64,000 bases of DNA from NCBI GenBank assembly GCA_963740355.1, contig CAVUDW010000002.1, positions 1,472,001 to 1,536,000 on the forward strand, in the 5' to 3' direction. Positions 10,345 to 19,461 of the stretch are shown here, piece after piece. The stretch's first letter is position 1. Each line of letters starts with the position of its first letter. Both the position numbers and the translations under genes were made by a program. The notes under the pieces were generated by a model, which searched no databases, was not told where the DNA came from, and worked only from the letters and a program-made list of their open reading frames with translations. Origin of the DNA: an uncultured Gemmatimonadaceae bacterium. Its GTDB lineage: Bacteria > Gemmatimonadota > Gemmatimonadetes > Gemmatimonadales > Gemmatimonadaceae.

Positions 10345-11076
10345 CTACGCGCCGCGCTTCGCCCAGCGATACATGTAGGTCGGTTTGCGCCGACCGCCAA
10401 TACGGTGATCGGGCAGTCGCTCGACGAGCCCGAGTTCGAGCATTCGCTTCTGGAAATTACGCCGGTCGAGTGTGCGGCCCAGCACAGTCTCGTGGAGCTT
10501 CTGTAGTTCGGGCATCGTGAATGATGCGGGCAGCAGATTCGCCTCGAGTGGCAGGTCGTCGATCTGGGACCGCACCGCCATGAGCGCGCGCGCCACCATC
10601 TCATCGTGATCGATGATGAGCGCCGGTCGCTCCGCGAGGTCCCACCACTCGACGGATCGGGTCCAGGCATTCGGTGCGACCGTCGCACGACTGGAGTCCA
10701 CCACCGCGACGTAGCCGACGGAGACGACACGACCCAGCACCCAATGGTCGTGCGGCGCGTCAACGCCCATCGCGCGCAGTGCATTGGCGACAACCGCCTC
10801 GCCTCGCGCTGGCCCACCGAAGGTGTGGAACTGGCGCAGCGCAGTGTCCGACAGCCCGGTCATCTCGCGCAGCACACGGGTCGCGGCGTCATCGATCGAT
10901 TCCTCGCGGCGCACGTAGCCCCCTGGGAGCGACCAGTCGCCGGTTCCCTGGGACTGCATCAGCAGGACCTTCAGTGCGCCGGCGTGGGCACCGAAGATCA
11001 CGCTGTTCACCGAGAGGTGCGGCAGGCAGTCCCGGTCCAGTTCGACAAGGAGGTTCGAGAAGTCGACGGCGCTCAT
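10345..11076 (-). CDS. NrtR-family (Nudix + winged helix) transcriptional regulator
   Basis: N-terminal Nudix-like domain (WSLPGGYV...ESIDDAATRVLREMTGL) and C-terminal FTMPELQKLHETVLG..LDRRNFQKRML wHTH. Confidence 0.88.
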   Translation of the reverse strand: MSAVDFSNLLVELDRDCLPHLSVNSVIFGAHAGALKVLLMQSQGTGDWSLPGGYVRREESIDDAATRVLREMTGLSDTALRQFHTFGGPARGEAVVANALRAMGVDAPHDHWVLGRVVSVGYVAVVDSSRATVAPNAWTRSVEWWDLAERPALIIDHDEMVARALMAVRSQIDDLPLEANLLPASFTMPELQKLHETVLGRTLDRRNFQKRMLELGLVERLPDHRIGGRRKPTYMYRWAKRGA

Positions 11077-11094
11077 GGTCAAACCATAGGTGAT

Positions 11095-11139
11095 GTGTAT
11101 TGACTACACAATAACCGCCGGCTAGTGTACCTCGTACAC
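11095..11139. promoter_or_regulatory. two putative NrtR-type operator palindromes
   Basis: GTGTA-ttgac-TACAC (11095-11109) and GTGTAC-ctc-GTACAC (11125-11139). Both fit GT-N7-AC and lie between the divergent regulator and glucosidase genes. Confidence 0.7.
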
Positions 11140-11186
11140 ATCCCGGCCGGTCTCGTGTTCGGCCTTCGCTTCCTTCCGGACGCCGC

Positions 11187-13634
11187 ATGCGCCGACGACT
11201 TGCACACGCCCTTCTGTTTGCCGGGTTCACCGGCACTGCGGCTCGCGCCGCGATTGCACAGACCGCGGTCCCCTCGCTCCCGCAACTCGGCCGTGCGCCG
11301 CTGCGCGCCGTCGTTGCCGCCCTCTCCGATTCCGAGAAGGTGCGTCTCGTCGTGGGACGCGGGCTGATTCTCCCCGAGGGCATGCCGACGAACATGCTGC
11401 CGCCGGGTATGCTGGGCGGCGCGCGCACCGCGGACGATCGCCCGCTGCGGCTGCCTGGATCGGCTGGTGAAACGCACACGGTGCGACGCTTCGGCATCCC
11501 GGCGATCACGCTGTCGGACGGGCCGGCCGGTGTGCGAATCGATCCGATCCGCACCGGTGCCAACGGCAAGCCGGACAGTTCACGGACGTTCTACGCCACG
11601 GCGTTCCCGGTCGGGACTCTGCTCGCGTCGTCGTGGGACACGGCGCTCGTGCGGCGCGTTGGTGTGTCGTTCGGCCAGGAAGCGCGCGACTACGGTGTCG
11701 ATGTGTTGCTGATGCCGGGCATGAACCTGCACCGCAATCCGCTTGGCGGCCGCAACTTCGAGTACTACTCGGAGGATCCGCTCGTGACTGGGCTGATGGC
11801 GTCGGCGATGGTCGAGGGGTTGCAGTCGGCGGGGGTCGGCGCGTCAGTCAAGCACTTCGTAGCGAATGAGCAGGAGTTCAATCGCATGCGGATCAACTCC
11901 GCAATCGGCGAACGCGCGTTCCGTGAGCTCTACCTGCGTCCGTTCCAGACCGTCGTTCGACGTGCGAAGCCATGGACGGTGATGTCGTCGTACAATCTCG
12001 TCAACGGTGTGCACACGGCCGAGAATCCGGAACTGCTGAATGACATCCTTCGTGGTGAATGGTCGTTCGGTGGGCTCGTGATGAGTGACTGGTTCGGTGG
12101 TGAAGATCCGGTCGCGATGGTGAATGCCGGGAACGACCTCGTGATGCCGGGCACTGGCGCACAGGAAACCGCATTGCGCGCTGCACTCGCGAGCGGCAAG
12201 CTGTCGCGCGCCGCACTCGACGCGAGTGTCACACGCGTGCTCGAGCTGGTGCTCCGCTCGAACACCTTCCGCAAGGTTGCTGCGTCTGAACGCCCGGATT
12301 TGCGTGCGCACGCCGCCGTCGCCCGACAGGCGGCAGCCGAGAGCATGGTGCTATTGCGTAATGAATCGATTGGCACCGGTGCGTCGGCGCGTCCCGCGTT
12401 GCCGCTCGCGTCCGGGCAAACGGTCGCAGCGTTCGGCAACACGTCGTACGACCCGATCGCCGGCGGCACGGGCAGCGGCAACGTGAATCGTGCATACACG
12501 ATCTCGGTGGTGCAGGGACTGGATGCGGCCAAGGCTCGCATCGATACCTCGCTCAGTGCCACCTATGCGCGCTATCTCGCAACGGCCCGCTTGAAGCTGC
12601 CGCCAACCGGTCAGATGAACTTCTTCGCGCCGCCACCAGCGATTCAGGAAATGCAGTTGGATGCGGCCGTCGTGACAGAGGCTGCGGCACGCGCCGATGT
12701 CGGCCTGATCACGCTTGGACGCATCGCCGGTGAAGGCGGCGATCGCAAGGTCGCCGATGACTTTGCGCTGAAGGCGTCCGAGCGTGCGCTGATCGAGCAG
12801 GTATCGACGGCATTCCACGCCAAGGGCAAGCGTGTGGTGGTGGTGCTGAACATTGGCGGCCCGATCGAGATGGCAAGCTGGCGTGGCCAGGTTGATGCGA
12901 TCCTGCTCGCGTATCAACCGGGGCAGGAGGGAGGTCACGCCATCGCCGACGTACTGCTCGGCGCGGTGAATCCATCCGGCAAACTCGCAACGTCGTTCCC
13001 GATGTCGTACGAAGACATCCCCTACGGCGCGGACTTTCCCGGCCGCGTTCGCGCTGGTGCAGCGGCACCGAGCAACCCGATGAGTGGCCAGGCGTCGGAC
13101 AACTCGTACAACGAAGGCGTGTTCGTCGGCTATCGGTACGCGAGTACGTTCGGCAAGGCGCCGGCGTATGCGTTCGGCTTTGGGTCGAGCTACACGACGT
13201 TCCGGACCGGCGGGCTGCAGGTCACCGGTACGCCGACCATCGCTGCTGGGTCCATGACAGTGAAGGTGACGGTGACGAACACCGGCACCGTCGCCGGCCG
13301 CGAAGTGGCGCAGCTGTACGTCACCGCGCCGCGTGGCGCACTCGACATGCCGGAGCGTGAGTTGCGGGCCTTCGCGAAGACCCGGCTCCTCGCACCTGGG
13401 GCTTCAGAGACGCTGACCTTCCGACTCTCGGCTGCCGACATCGCGTCCTTCGATCCGTCGGCCGCGGCGTGGGTTGCCGAGCCGGGCACGTACACGGTGC
13501 GTGTGGCGAATTCGTCGGCCGCTGAGGGCGTTCATGCGACGGTGGCTGTTGCGAACCGCGTCATCGTCGAGCGTACGCGACATCTGGTCGCGCCGACGGC
13601 GCCGATTGCCGAGTTGAAGGCGCCGACGCGGTGA
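11187..13634 (+). CDS. secreted GH3 beta-glucosidase/xylosidase with C-terminal Fn3-like domain
   Basis: Signal peptide; DGPAGVR, GRNFEYYSEDP, KHFVANEQE, nucleophile motif VMSDW, VNPSGKL, EVAQLY. Confidence 0.92.
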   Translation: MRRRLAHALLFAGFTGTAARAAIAQTAVPSLPQLGRAPLRAVVAALSDSEKVRLVVGRGLILPEGMPTNMLPPGMLGGARTADDRPLRLPGSAGETHTVRRFGIPAITLSDGPAGVRIDPIRTGANGKPDSSRTFYATAFPVGTLLASSWDTALVRRVGVSFGQEARDYGVDVLLMPGMNLHRNPLGGRNFEYYSEDPLVTGLMASAMVEGLQSAGVGASVKHFVANEQEFNRMRINSAIGERAFRELYLRPFQTVVRRAKPWTVMSSYNLVNGVHTAENPELLNDILRGEWSFGGLVMSDWFGGEDPVAMVNAGNDLVMPGTGAQETALRAALASGKLSRAALDASVTRVLELVLRSNTFRKVAASERPDLRAHAAVARQAAAESMVLLRNESIGTGASARPALPLASGQTVAAFGNTSYDPIAGGTGSGNVNRAYTISVVQGLDAAKARIDTSLSATYARYLATARLKLPPTGQMNFFAPPPAIQEMQLDAAVVTEAAARADVGLITLGRIAGEGGDRKVADDFALKASERALIEQVSTAFHAKGKRVVVVLNIGGPIEMASWRGQVDAILLAYQPGQEGGHAIADVLLGAVNPSGKLATSFPMSYEDIPYGADFPGRVRAGAAAPSNPMSGQASDNSYNEGVFVGYRYASTFGKAPAYAFGFGSSYTTFRTGGLQVTGTPTIAAGSMTVKVTVTNTGTVAGREVAQLYVTAPRGALDMPERELRAFAKTRLLAPGASETLTFRLSAADIASFDPSAAAWVAEPGTYTVRVANSSAAEGVHATVAVANRVIVERTRHLVAPTAPIAELKAPTR

Positions 13635-13647
13635 TCGAGCGGTTGGT

Positions 13648-14009
13648 GTACGGCGCGAAGGACTGGTAAGTCGCTGGTGGAGATGGCGTTAGCCACCGAT
13701 CAAGGGGTCAGAGATCTTGGTCGGGGGATTCCGGCGGTAAGTCGTTGCGGCGCATCACGTTAGCCGCCGATCAAGGGGTCAGAGATCTTGGTCGGGGGAT
13801 TCCGGCGGTAAGTCGTTGCGGCGCCTCGCGTTAGCCACCGATCAAGGGGTCAGAGATCTTGGTCGATCAAGGGGTCAGAGATCTTGGTCGCGGGATTCCG
13901 GCGGTAAGTCGTTGCCGCGCCTCGCGTTAGCCACCGATCAAGGGGTCAGAGATCTTGCTCCGGCACCGAGCAAGATCTCTGACCCCTTGATCGCGCTGGC
14001 CCCGTGATC
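13648..14009 (+). repeat. repeat array B: five direct copies plus one inverted copy (transposase-free miniature element)
   Basis: Direct cores at 13698, 13769, 13840, 13865 and 13936; inverted core at 13968-13992; leading GTAC at 13648; degenerate half-copy ending at 14009. Confidence 0.93.
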
Positions 14010-14052
14010 GCTGCGCTCTTGCTCGGCAGACCACGACGCGCTTCCTCGCCCG

Positions 14053-15306
14053 CTACTCGTACCGCAACGCGTCCACCGGATCCAGCCGCGCCGCACGGTT
14101 GGCGGGAATGATGCCGAACAACACGCCGACGAAAATCGAGGACGTCACCGCCACGATCGTCAGCGTGACAGGAAAGCCGGTGGTGATCTCAAGCAACACC
14201 GTGGCGAGTTTGCCGAGCGCGCCGCCCAGCACGACACCGAGTATTCCACCAATGCCCGTCAACGTCGCGGCTTCGACCAGGAACTGCAGGCGGATGTCGC
14301 CGGTGGTGGCGCCGAGCGCCTTGCGCAGGCCGATCTCGCGCGTGCGATCGGTGACCGACACCATCATGATCGCCATCACGCCGATGCCCCCCACCAGCAA
14401 CGCGACGCTCGACAGCACGATCAACACGAGGAAGAAGACGCTGGTGAGGCTGTTGAAGGTGTCGAGCACCTGATCCTGCGTCACGAGGTCGAAGGTGTTC
14501 TTGTCGCGCGGCCGCAATTTGCGTCCTGCGCGCAGCGTCACCGTCACGTTCGCCTGCGCGTCACTCACTGCGACGCCGGGCTTCGGCTTGACGGGAATCC
14601 AGAGGCCGTTGGTTCGATCGATCTGGAAGCCCTTGTCGAGCGTGCGATAGGGGAGAATCGCACCGATCTCCGAGCCCGGCGGCGAGAAGATATTCCCCGG
14701 CTGCACATACACACCGATCACACGGTATGGTCGGCCACCGACTTTCACCAACTTGCCGATCGGCTCGAGACGCGCGAAGACCTTTTCCGCGATGGCATCA
14801 CGGAGCACTACCACGGGATCACCGCCCACGACTTCGGCGTGTGTGAACCATCGACCGGAGGCGAGCTCACCGCCCTGAATCTCCGTGAAGCCTTCATCGG
14901 CGCCGAAGATCGCGACTGTCTGCGTGCGTGATCCTTCGTACTCCACACGCGCCAGAGTCTGGCCCCACAGTGATGCGTAGGCAATACCTGGCAGTGCACG
15001 AATGCGCTGCGCCTCGACATCGGTGAGGTCGGGCCGAATGCGGATGTATTTCGGCAGGCGATCCGGGTTCACGGGCGTCTGCGAAAACACCTTCAGTACG
15101 TAGAACGTGGTCGGGCCAGCGATCTCGATGGTGCGCACGATCTGATCGCGGATGCCTTGCACGAGGCTCGCCATCGTCATCACGGTCGAGACACCGATAA
15201 CCACACCAAGAATGGTCAGCGCCGAGCGCAGCTTGCTGGCGCGAATGGCGGCAAGCGCGATCGCGACGTTCTGCCCGAGTTGCGAAACTGCGCGCGCCGT
15301 TGCCAT
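14053..15306 (-). CDS. MacB/FtsX-type ABC transporter permease
   Basis: LRSALTILGVVIGV, GGIGVMAIMMVSVTDRTREIGLRKALGA, PANRAARLDPVDALRYE. Confidence 0.92.
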   Translation of the reverse strand: MATARAVSQLGQNVAIALAAIRASKLRSALTILGVVIGVSTVMTMASLVQGIRDQIVRTIEIAGPTTFYVLKVFSQTPVNPDRLPKYIRIRPDLTDVEAQRIRALPGIAYASLWGQTLARVEYEGSRTQTVAIFGADEGFTEIQGGELASGRWFTHAEVVGGDPVVVLRDAIAEKVFARLEPIGKLVKVGGRPYRVIGVYVQPGNIFSPPGSEIGAILPYRTLDKGFQIDRTNGLWIPVKPKPGVAVSDAQANVTVTLRAGRKLRPRDKNTFDLVTQDQVLDTFNSLTSVFFLVLIVLSSVALLVGGIGVMAIMMVSVTDRTREIGLRKALGATTGDIRLQFLVEAATLTGIGGILGVVLGGALGKLATVLLEITTGFPVTLTIVAVTSSIFVGVLFGIIPANRAARLDPVDALRYE

Positions 15307-15309
15307 CGG

Positions 15310-16551
15310 CTATTCCGACCGCAACGCGTCGATCGGATCGAGGCGTGCAGCGCGCGCGGCGGGATAGACGCCGAAGAGCACGCCCACGCCCGCACCGAGT
15401 GCGATCGCGACCGTTATCGACCACGGCGTCACCCGTGCCGGGAGCGGAGAGAGGGTGGCCACCAGCCAGGCCAACAACGCACCCAAGGCGAGGCCGAGTA
15501 TGCCGCCGAGGGCGGAGACGAACACCGACTCGGCGAGGAACTGGCGCTGGATGTCGCTGCGCGAGGCGCCAACCGCCATGCGAATCCCGATCTCGCGCGT
15601 GCGCTCCGTGACCGACATCAACATGATGTTCATGATCACCACGCCACCCACCACGATGCCGATGGCAACGACGGCGGGGATGATCGAGAAGAGTGTCTTG
15701 GTCAGCTTCTTCCAGAAGTCGACCAGTGCGTCCGCAGTCTCGATCGTGAAGTCGTCAGGCTCGCCGGGCCGCAGCCGGTGCGCCAGCCGCATCGCCTCCT
15801 GCGCGCGATTCATCACGCTCTTCATTGCCGCCGGATCGCTGACCTTGACGCTGATGGTCGTCGTCAGCCGTCGACCGTAGATCGACTCGAAGGCTGGAAT
15901 CGGCATCAGCACGAAGCCGTCGAAGCTTTGGCCGAGCACGCGGCCCTTCGGCGCCACCACGCCCGCGATCGTGAAGAGTTCGCCGCGAATCCGGATGCTC
16001 TGCCCGATCGGATCGACACCTTCGAAGAGATTCTTCGCGATGTCGTTGCCCACGACCACGACATGGCGCCGCTCGCGGATGTCGAGGTCCGTGAGTGGTG
16101 ATCCCGCCTCGAACACGTAGTCCTGCACGCGCTGGAAATCCGGCGTCACGCCGAAGATCATGGCGCTGCCGACGGCACGGTCACGCCAGGTGATGTCGGC
16201 CAACGGGGTGGGGTAGCCGGACTGCAGGCTGATGGCCGCCGCGTCGGGAAGCGCCTCCTCGATCACGCTGGCGTCGAGCTGCGAAATCAGCGGACGTTTC
16301 CGGATCTTCAGCAGCATCTCGTCGTCCACCAGGCCCAGCGAAATCGGGCCGCGGCGAACCTGGAACACATCCTTCCCGATCATCGAGCCGGCGACCTGCT
16401 CGCTGACGTAGACGTTCATGCCGTTGATGATCGCGATCACTGCGACCAGGAAGGCCACCGAGACCATGATGCCGAGCAGCGTGAAGAAGGCGCGAAACTT
16501 GTTGGCGCGAAGCTGCGTGAAGGCGGTCAGGAAAACGTCATTGAGGCGCAC
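15310..16551 (-). CDS. MacB/FtsX-type ABC transporter permease
   Basis: FRAFFTLLGI, IMNIMLMSVTERTREIGIRMAVGA, YPAARAARLDPIDALRSE. Start at GTG 16551 is inferred. Confidence 0.9.
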   Translation of the reverse strand: MRLNDVFLTAFTQLRANKFRAFFTLLGIMVSVAFLVAVIAIINGMNVYVSEQVAGSMIGKDVFQVRRGPISLGLVDDEMLLKIRKRPLISQLDASVIEEALPDAAAISLQSGYPTPLADITWRDRAVGSAMIFGVTPDFQRVQDYVFEAGSPLTDLDIRERRHVVVVGNDIAKNLFEGVDPIGQSIRIRGELFTIAGVVAPKGRVLGQSFDGFVLMPIPAFESIYGRRLTTTISVKVSDPAAMKSVMNRAQEAMRLAHRLRPGEPDDFTIETADALVDFWKKLTKTLFSIIPAVVAIGIVVGGVVIMNIMLMSVTERTREIGIRMAVGASRSDIQRQFLAESVFVSALGGILGLALGALLAWLVATLSPLPARVTPWSITVAIALGAGVGVLFGVYPAARAARLDPIDALRSE

Positions 16552-16660
16552 CCTGCAATCATAACCCGCGCGGCGGGGACGGCTGAAACAGCCGGCTGCG
16601 ACACTCGTAGAATGGGTTGCTCGCAGAGGACCATGCACTCACCGTCGCCTGCCAACCGCC

Positions 16661-17707
16661 ATGTTTTCAGTCCGTTCGGCTGTCACCTCTCTCCTGGGCG
16701 CCGCCCTCTGCGCTGCAGCGCCCGTGGCACTGCAGGCCCAGCGCGAGGAGCCACCCGCGTCCGGCGATCGCCCGACACGCGCACCGATTTCCATCGGCAA
16801 CTACCCGGACGTCGCGGGGCTGCGGCTCAACTTTCGTGACCGGAATCTGGAGCAGGTGCGTGGCATCAACGCCACCATCTGGCAGCCGTATGAGCCGGCC
16901 ACCGGCATCGTCCGCGGCCTGTCACTCGGGTTGCCGCTGACGGGCGCTGGTCGGGTCGATGGGCTGGCCATCGGCGTGCTCGGTGCCTCGGCCTACGGCA
17001 AGATCCGCGGCATTGCGCTCGGCGGAATCGGCGTCGGATCGGGTGGCGGGATGCGTGGGCTGTCGATCGGCGGCATCGGTGTCGGCTCGGGCGGTGACCT
17101 GGATGGAATCACGCTCGGAGGGATTGGAGCGGGTGGCGGTGGGAATGCGCGCGGCCTGATCGCGGGTGGCATAGGCGCCGGCGTTGGCGGCAGCATGCAC
17201 GGCATTGCGATCGGCGGCATCGGTGTCGGCGCAGGTGGCGGCGTGCGCGGACTCGCCATCGGCGGCATCGGCGTCGGCACGAGCGGCAAGTTGTCGGGCA
17301 TCGCGATCTCCGGAATCGGCACGGGTGCTGGTGGCGACATCACTGGCCTGACCATCAGCGGCATCGGTACCGGCACCGGGGCGACGATGCGCGGCATCGG
17401 CATCGCAGGCGTCGGGTTGGGAGCGCCGCGGTTAGTCGGTGGCTTTCTCGCCCCGATGGTGGGTTCACTGAATGCCCACGCAATCGTGATCGCACCGATC
17501 TTCTTCAAGATCGAGAAGGGCGGCAGCTTCCGCGGTGGCGCTCTGAGCGCGGTGAACGACGTGCGCGGCACACAGCGTGGTCTGACGATCGGCATCGTCA
17601 ACTATGCGCGCACGCTGCACGGCCTCCAGCTCGGCGTGATCAACATCATCGCCGACCAGAAGTCACACTCGGTATTGCCGATCGCGAATTGGGGCAGCGG
17701 GCGATAG
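16661..17707 (+). CDS. exported Gly-rich repeat protein (probable beta-solenoid; resembles LA_2272-like surface repeat proteins)
   Basis: Signal peptide, about ten 16-aa repeats of the G(I/L)xIGGIGxGxGGxxx type, and a C-terminal GLTIGIVNYA..LHGLQLGVINI...LPIANW. Confidence 0.75.
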   Translation: MFSVRSAVTSLLGAALCAAAPVALQAQREEPPASGDRPTRAPISIGNYPDVAGLRLNFRDRNLEQVRGINATIWQPYEPATGIVRGLSLGLPLTGAGRVDGLAIGVLGASAYGKIRGIALGGIGVGSGGGMRGLSIGGIGVGSGGDLDGITLGGIGAGGGGNARGLIAGGIGAGVGGSMHGIAIGGIGVGAGGGVRGLAIGGIGVGTSGKLSGIAISGIGTGAGGDITGLTISGIGTGTGATMRGIGIAGVGLGAPRLVGGFLAPMVGSLNAHAIVIAPIFFKIEKGGSFRGGALSAVNDVRGTQRGLTIGIVNYARTLHGLQLGVINIIADQKSHSVLPIANWGSGR

Positions 17708-17715
17708 CCTGACTT

Positions 17716-18111
17716 CTACTCGGCGTCTGCAGCCGCTGCTTTCGGGGTCGCCTGGCGCAAACTCCGTCGCAGGTACCAGGCACTCGCTGCCGCGATTGCA
17801 ATGAGGAGCGCCGCGCCGGTGCGCAGACCATCGCGGGCTGCAGGTTCGAGTTCCAGCAACGGGCCGAGCGCGATGATCATCGCCGCAGCGACCGCGCCCC
17901 AGATGCCAATCGCCCACGAGGTCCATTCGGCGCGCTGCCAGATGCCGATCACCGCGGCGAGCGACAATCCGCCGACCGCGAACTGCCAGTACATCAACGC
18001 GGCCGGCGCTTCCGCGGGGTGACGCAGGATCCTGAGCGCCTCGTTGAGCGCGTTGCCGCCGACGCAGGTGAACATCACGATCAGGAGCCAGTGGCCAATC
18101 GGTCGCCGCAT
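17716..18111 (-). CDS. small hypothetical membrane protein (about 4 TM)
   Basis: Four hydrophobic segments; GAGGA-like RBS upstream; fills the gap between neighbouring genes. Confidence 0.7.
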   Translation of the reverse strand: MRRPIGHWLLIVMFTCVGGNALNEALRILRHPAEAPAALMYWQFAVGGLSLAAVIGIWQRAEWTSWAIGIWGAVAAAMIIALGPLLELEPAARDGLRTGAALLIAIAAASAWYLRRSLRQATPKAAAADAE

Positions 18112-18157
18112 CGGGTGTTCCTCGCGGATGTGAAACGCAGCTTACGGCCGGAAACAG

Positions 18158-18195
18158 AAACGCCGGTCCGCTCGAGGAAGCAGACCGGCGTTTTT
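18158..18195 (-). terminator. probable intrinsic terminator after the exporter operon (possibly bidirectional)
   Basis: Inverted repeat AAACGCCGGTC...GACCGGCGTTT with T-rich tails, just downstream of the permease stop at 18207. Confidence 0.65.
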
Positions 18196-18206
18196 GTGCA
18201 TGGAGA

Positions 18207-19457
18207 CTACTCGTAGCGGAGCGCGACCACAGGATCGAGCCGCGCGGCCCTGAACGCTGGGATGATGCCGAACAGCACCCCGGTGAAGATGCTGCCGCCG
18301 ATCGCCGCCACCACCGAGATCAGCGGAATCTCCGCCGGGATCGGGAAGTTGCTTCGCACGACGAAGGCAACCAGTGCCCCAAGTCCGAGGCCAATCGCAC
18401 CGCCAATGCCAGTCAGCGTCGCCGCCTCGACCAGGAACTGCCAAAGGATCAGGCCCGCCGTCGCACCGAGCGCTTTTCGCACACCGATTTCCCGTGTACG
18501 CTCGGTGACGCTGATCATCATGATCGCGATCACGCCCACGCCACCCACCAGCAGGCCAACCGCCGAGAGTGAGAGCATGACGATGAAGAAGGTGCCGACG
18601 ATCTTGTTGTAGGTCTCGAGGATCTTGTCCTGCGTGATGATCGCGAAGTTGTTGTCGACGCCGGGACGGAGGCGGCGCTTGGCGCGCAGTGCCGCCGTGA
18701 CGTCATCGATTGCCTGGTCGCGGCTCACGCCGTCGCGGGGACGCACCGAGATGTTGATCCACCACGGCCGCGCGTTGAGCGCGGTGATCGAGGCCTGCAT
18801 CGGCATGTAGACGTTGGCGTCGTTGTCATTACCGAGCGGGTTGATCGGCTTGTCGTACAGGCCGATCACCTCGAAGGGCACGTCGCCGATCTGGATCTGC
18901 TTGCCGATCGGATCGCTGTCACCGAAGAGCTTCTCCCGCAACGCCTTGTTCAGCACCGCCACGCGCGACCCCGCGTTATTCTCCGCATCGGTCCACGAGC
19001 GGCCTGCGACGATGGTGCCACCGTCGATCATCAGCCAGTCGGTGCTGAACGCCTGCACCTGCACCGATGACAGGAAGTTGCCCCGGTACCGTGCGCTGGC
19101 GCCGGTGTTGATCTGCGTGATCACGGCCCGCACGGAGGGGAGCGAGCGGAACGTCGCTGCATCACTCACGTTCAGGCGCGGATTGCGGCGCCACTTGCAG
19201 GTGTCGTCGCTTCCGTCGCAGGCCTCGAAGCTGATCGGTGCCCGGGACACGAAGAAGGTGTTCGGACCGGCAGCCGAGATGTCCTTGGTCACGGCGTTGT
19301 TGATGCCCGTGATCATTGCACCGATCGCAACGACCACGAACACACCAACGGAAACGCCGAGGATCGTGAGGCCGGCACGCACCTTGTTGGCACGGATCGA
19401 CTCGAGTGCGATGCCGACACCCTCGACCGTGCCGCTGATTGTCGTCTTCACTGACAT
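18207..19457 (-). CDS. MacB/FtsX-type ABC transporter permease
   Basis: VRAGLTILGVSVGV, SVTERTREIGVRKALGA, RAARLDPVVALRYE. Start ATG 19457. Confidence 0.92.
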   Translation of the reverse strand: MSVKTTISGTVEGVGIALESIRANKVRAGLTILGVSVGVFVVVAIGAMITGINNAVTKDISAAGPNTFFVSRAPISFEACDGSDDTCKWRRNPRLNVSDAATFRSLPSVRAVITQINTGASARYRGNFLSSVQVQAFSTDWLMIDGGTIVAGRSWTDAENNAGSRVAVLNKALREKLFGDSDPIGKQIQIGDVPFEVIGLYDKPINPLGNDNDANVYMPMQASITALNARPWWINISVRPRDGVSRDQAIDDVTAALRAKRRLRPGVDNNFAIITQDKILETYNKIVGTFFIVMLSLSAVGLLVGGVGVIAIMMISVTERTREIGVRKALGATAGLILWQFLVEAATLTGIGGAIGLGLGALVAFVVRSNFPIPAEIPLISVVAAIGGSIFTGVLFGIIPAFRAARLDPVVALRYE

Positions 19458-19461
19458 GTGA

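Noticed and set aside
13698..13992. CRISPR array (25-bp palindromic repeat plus 46-nt spacers), here and at the other arrays
   Set aside because: Spacers within an array are near-identical and share a fixed internal motif. Some repeats have no spacer, one is inverted, and there are no cas genes; the associated gene is a Y1 transposase.
13816..14007. Short ORFs across the repeat arrays (LALATDQGVRDL repeats; also 58190-58666)
   Set aside because: These are translations of the DNA repeat. The 71-bp and 25-bp periods are not multiples of three.
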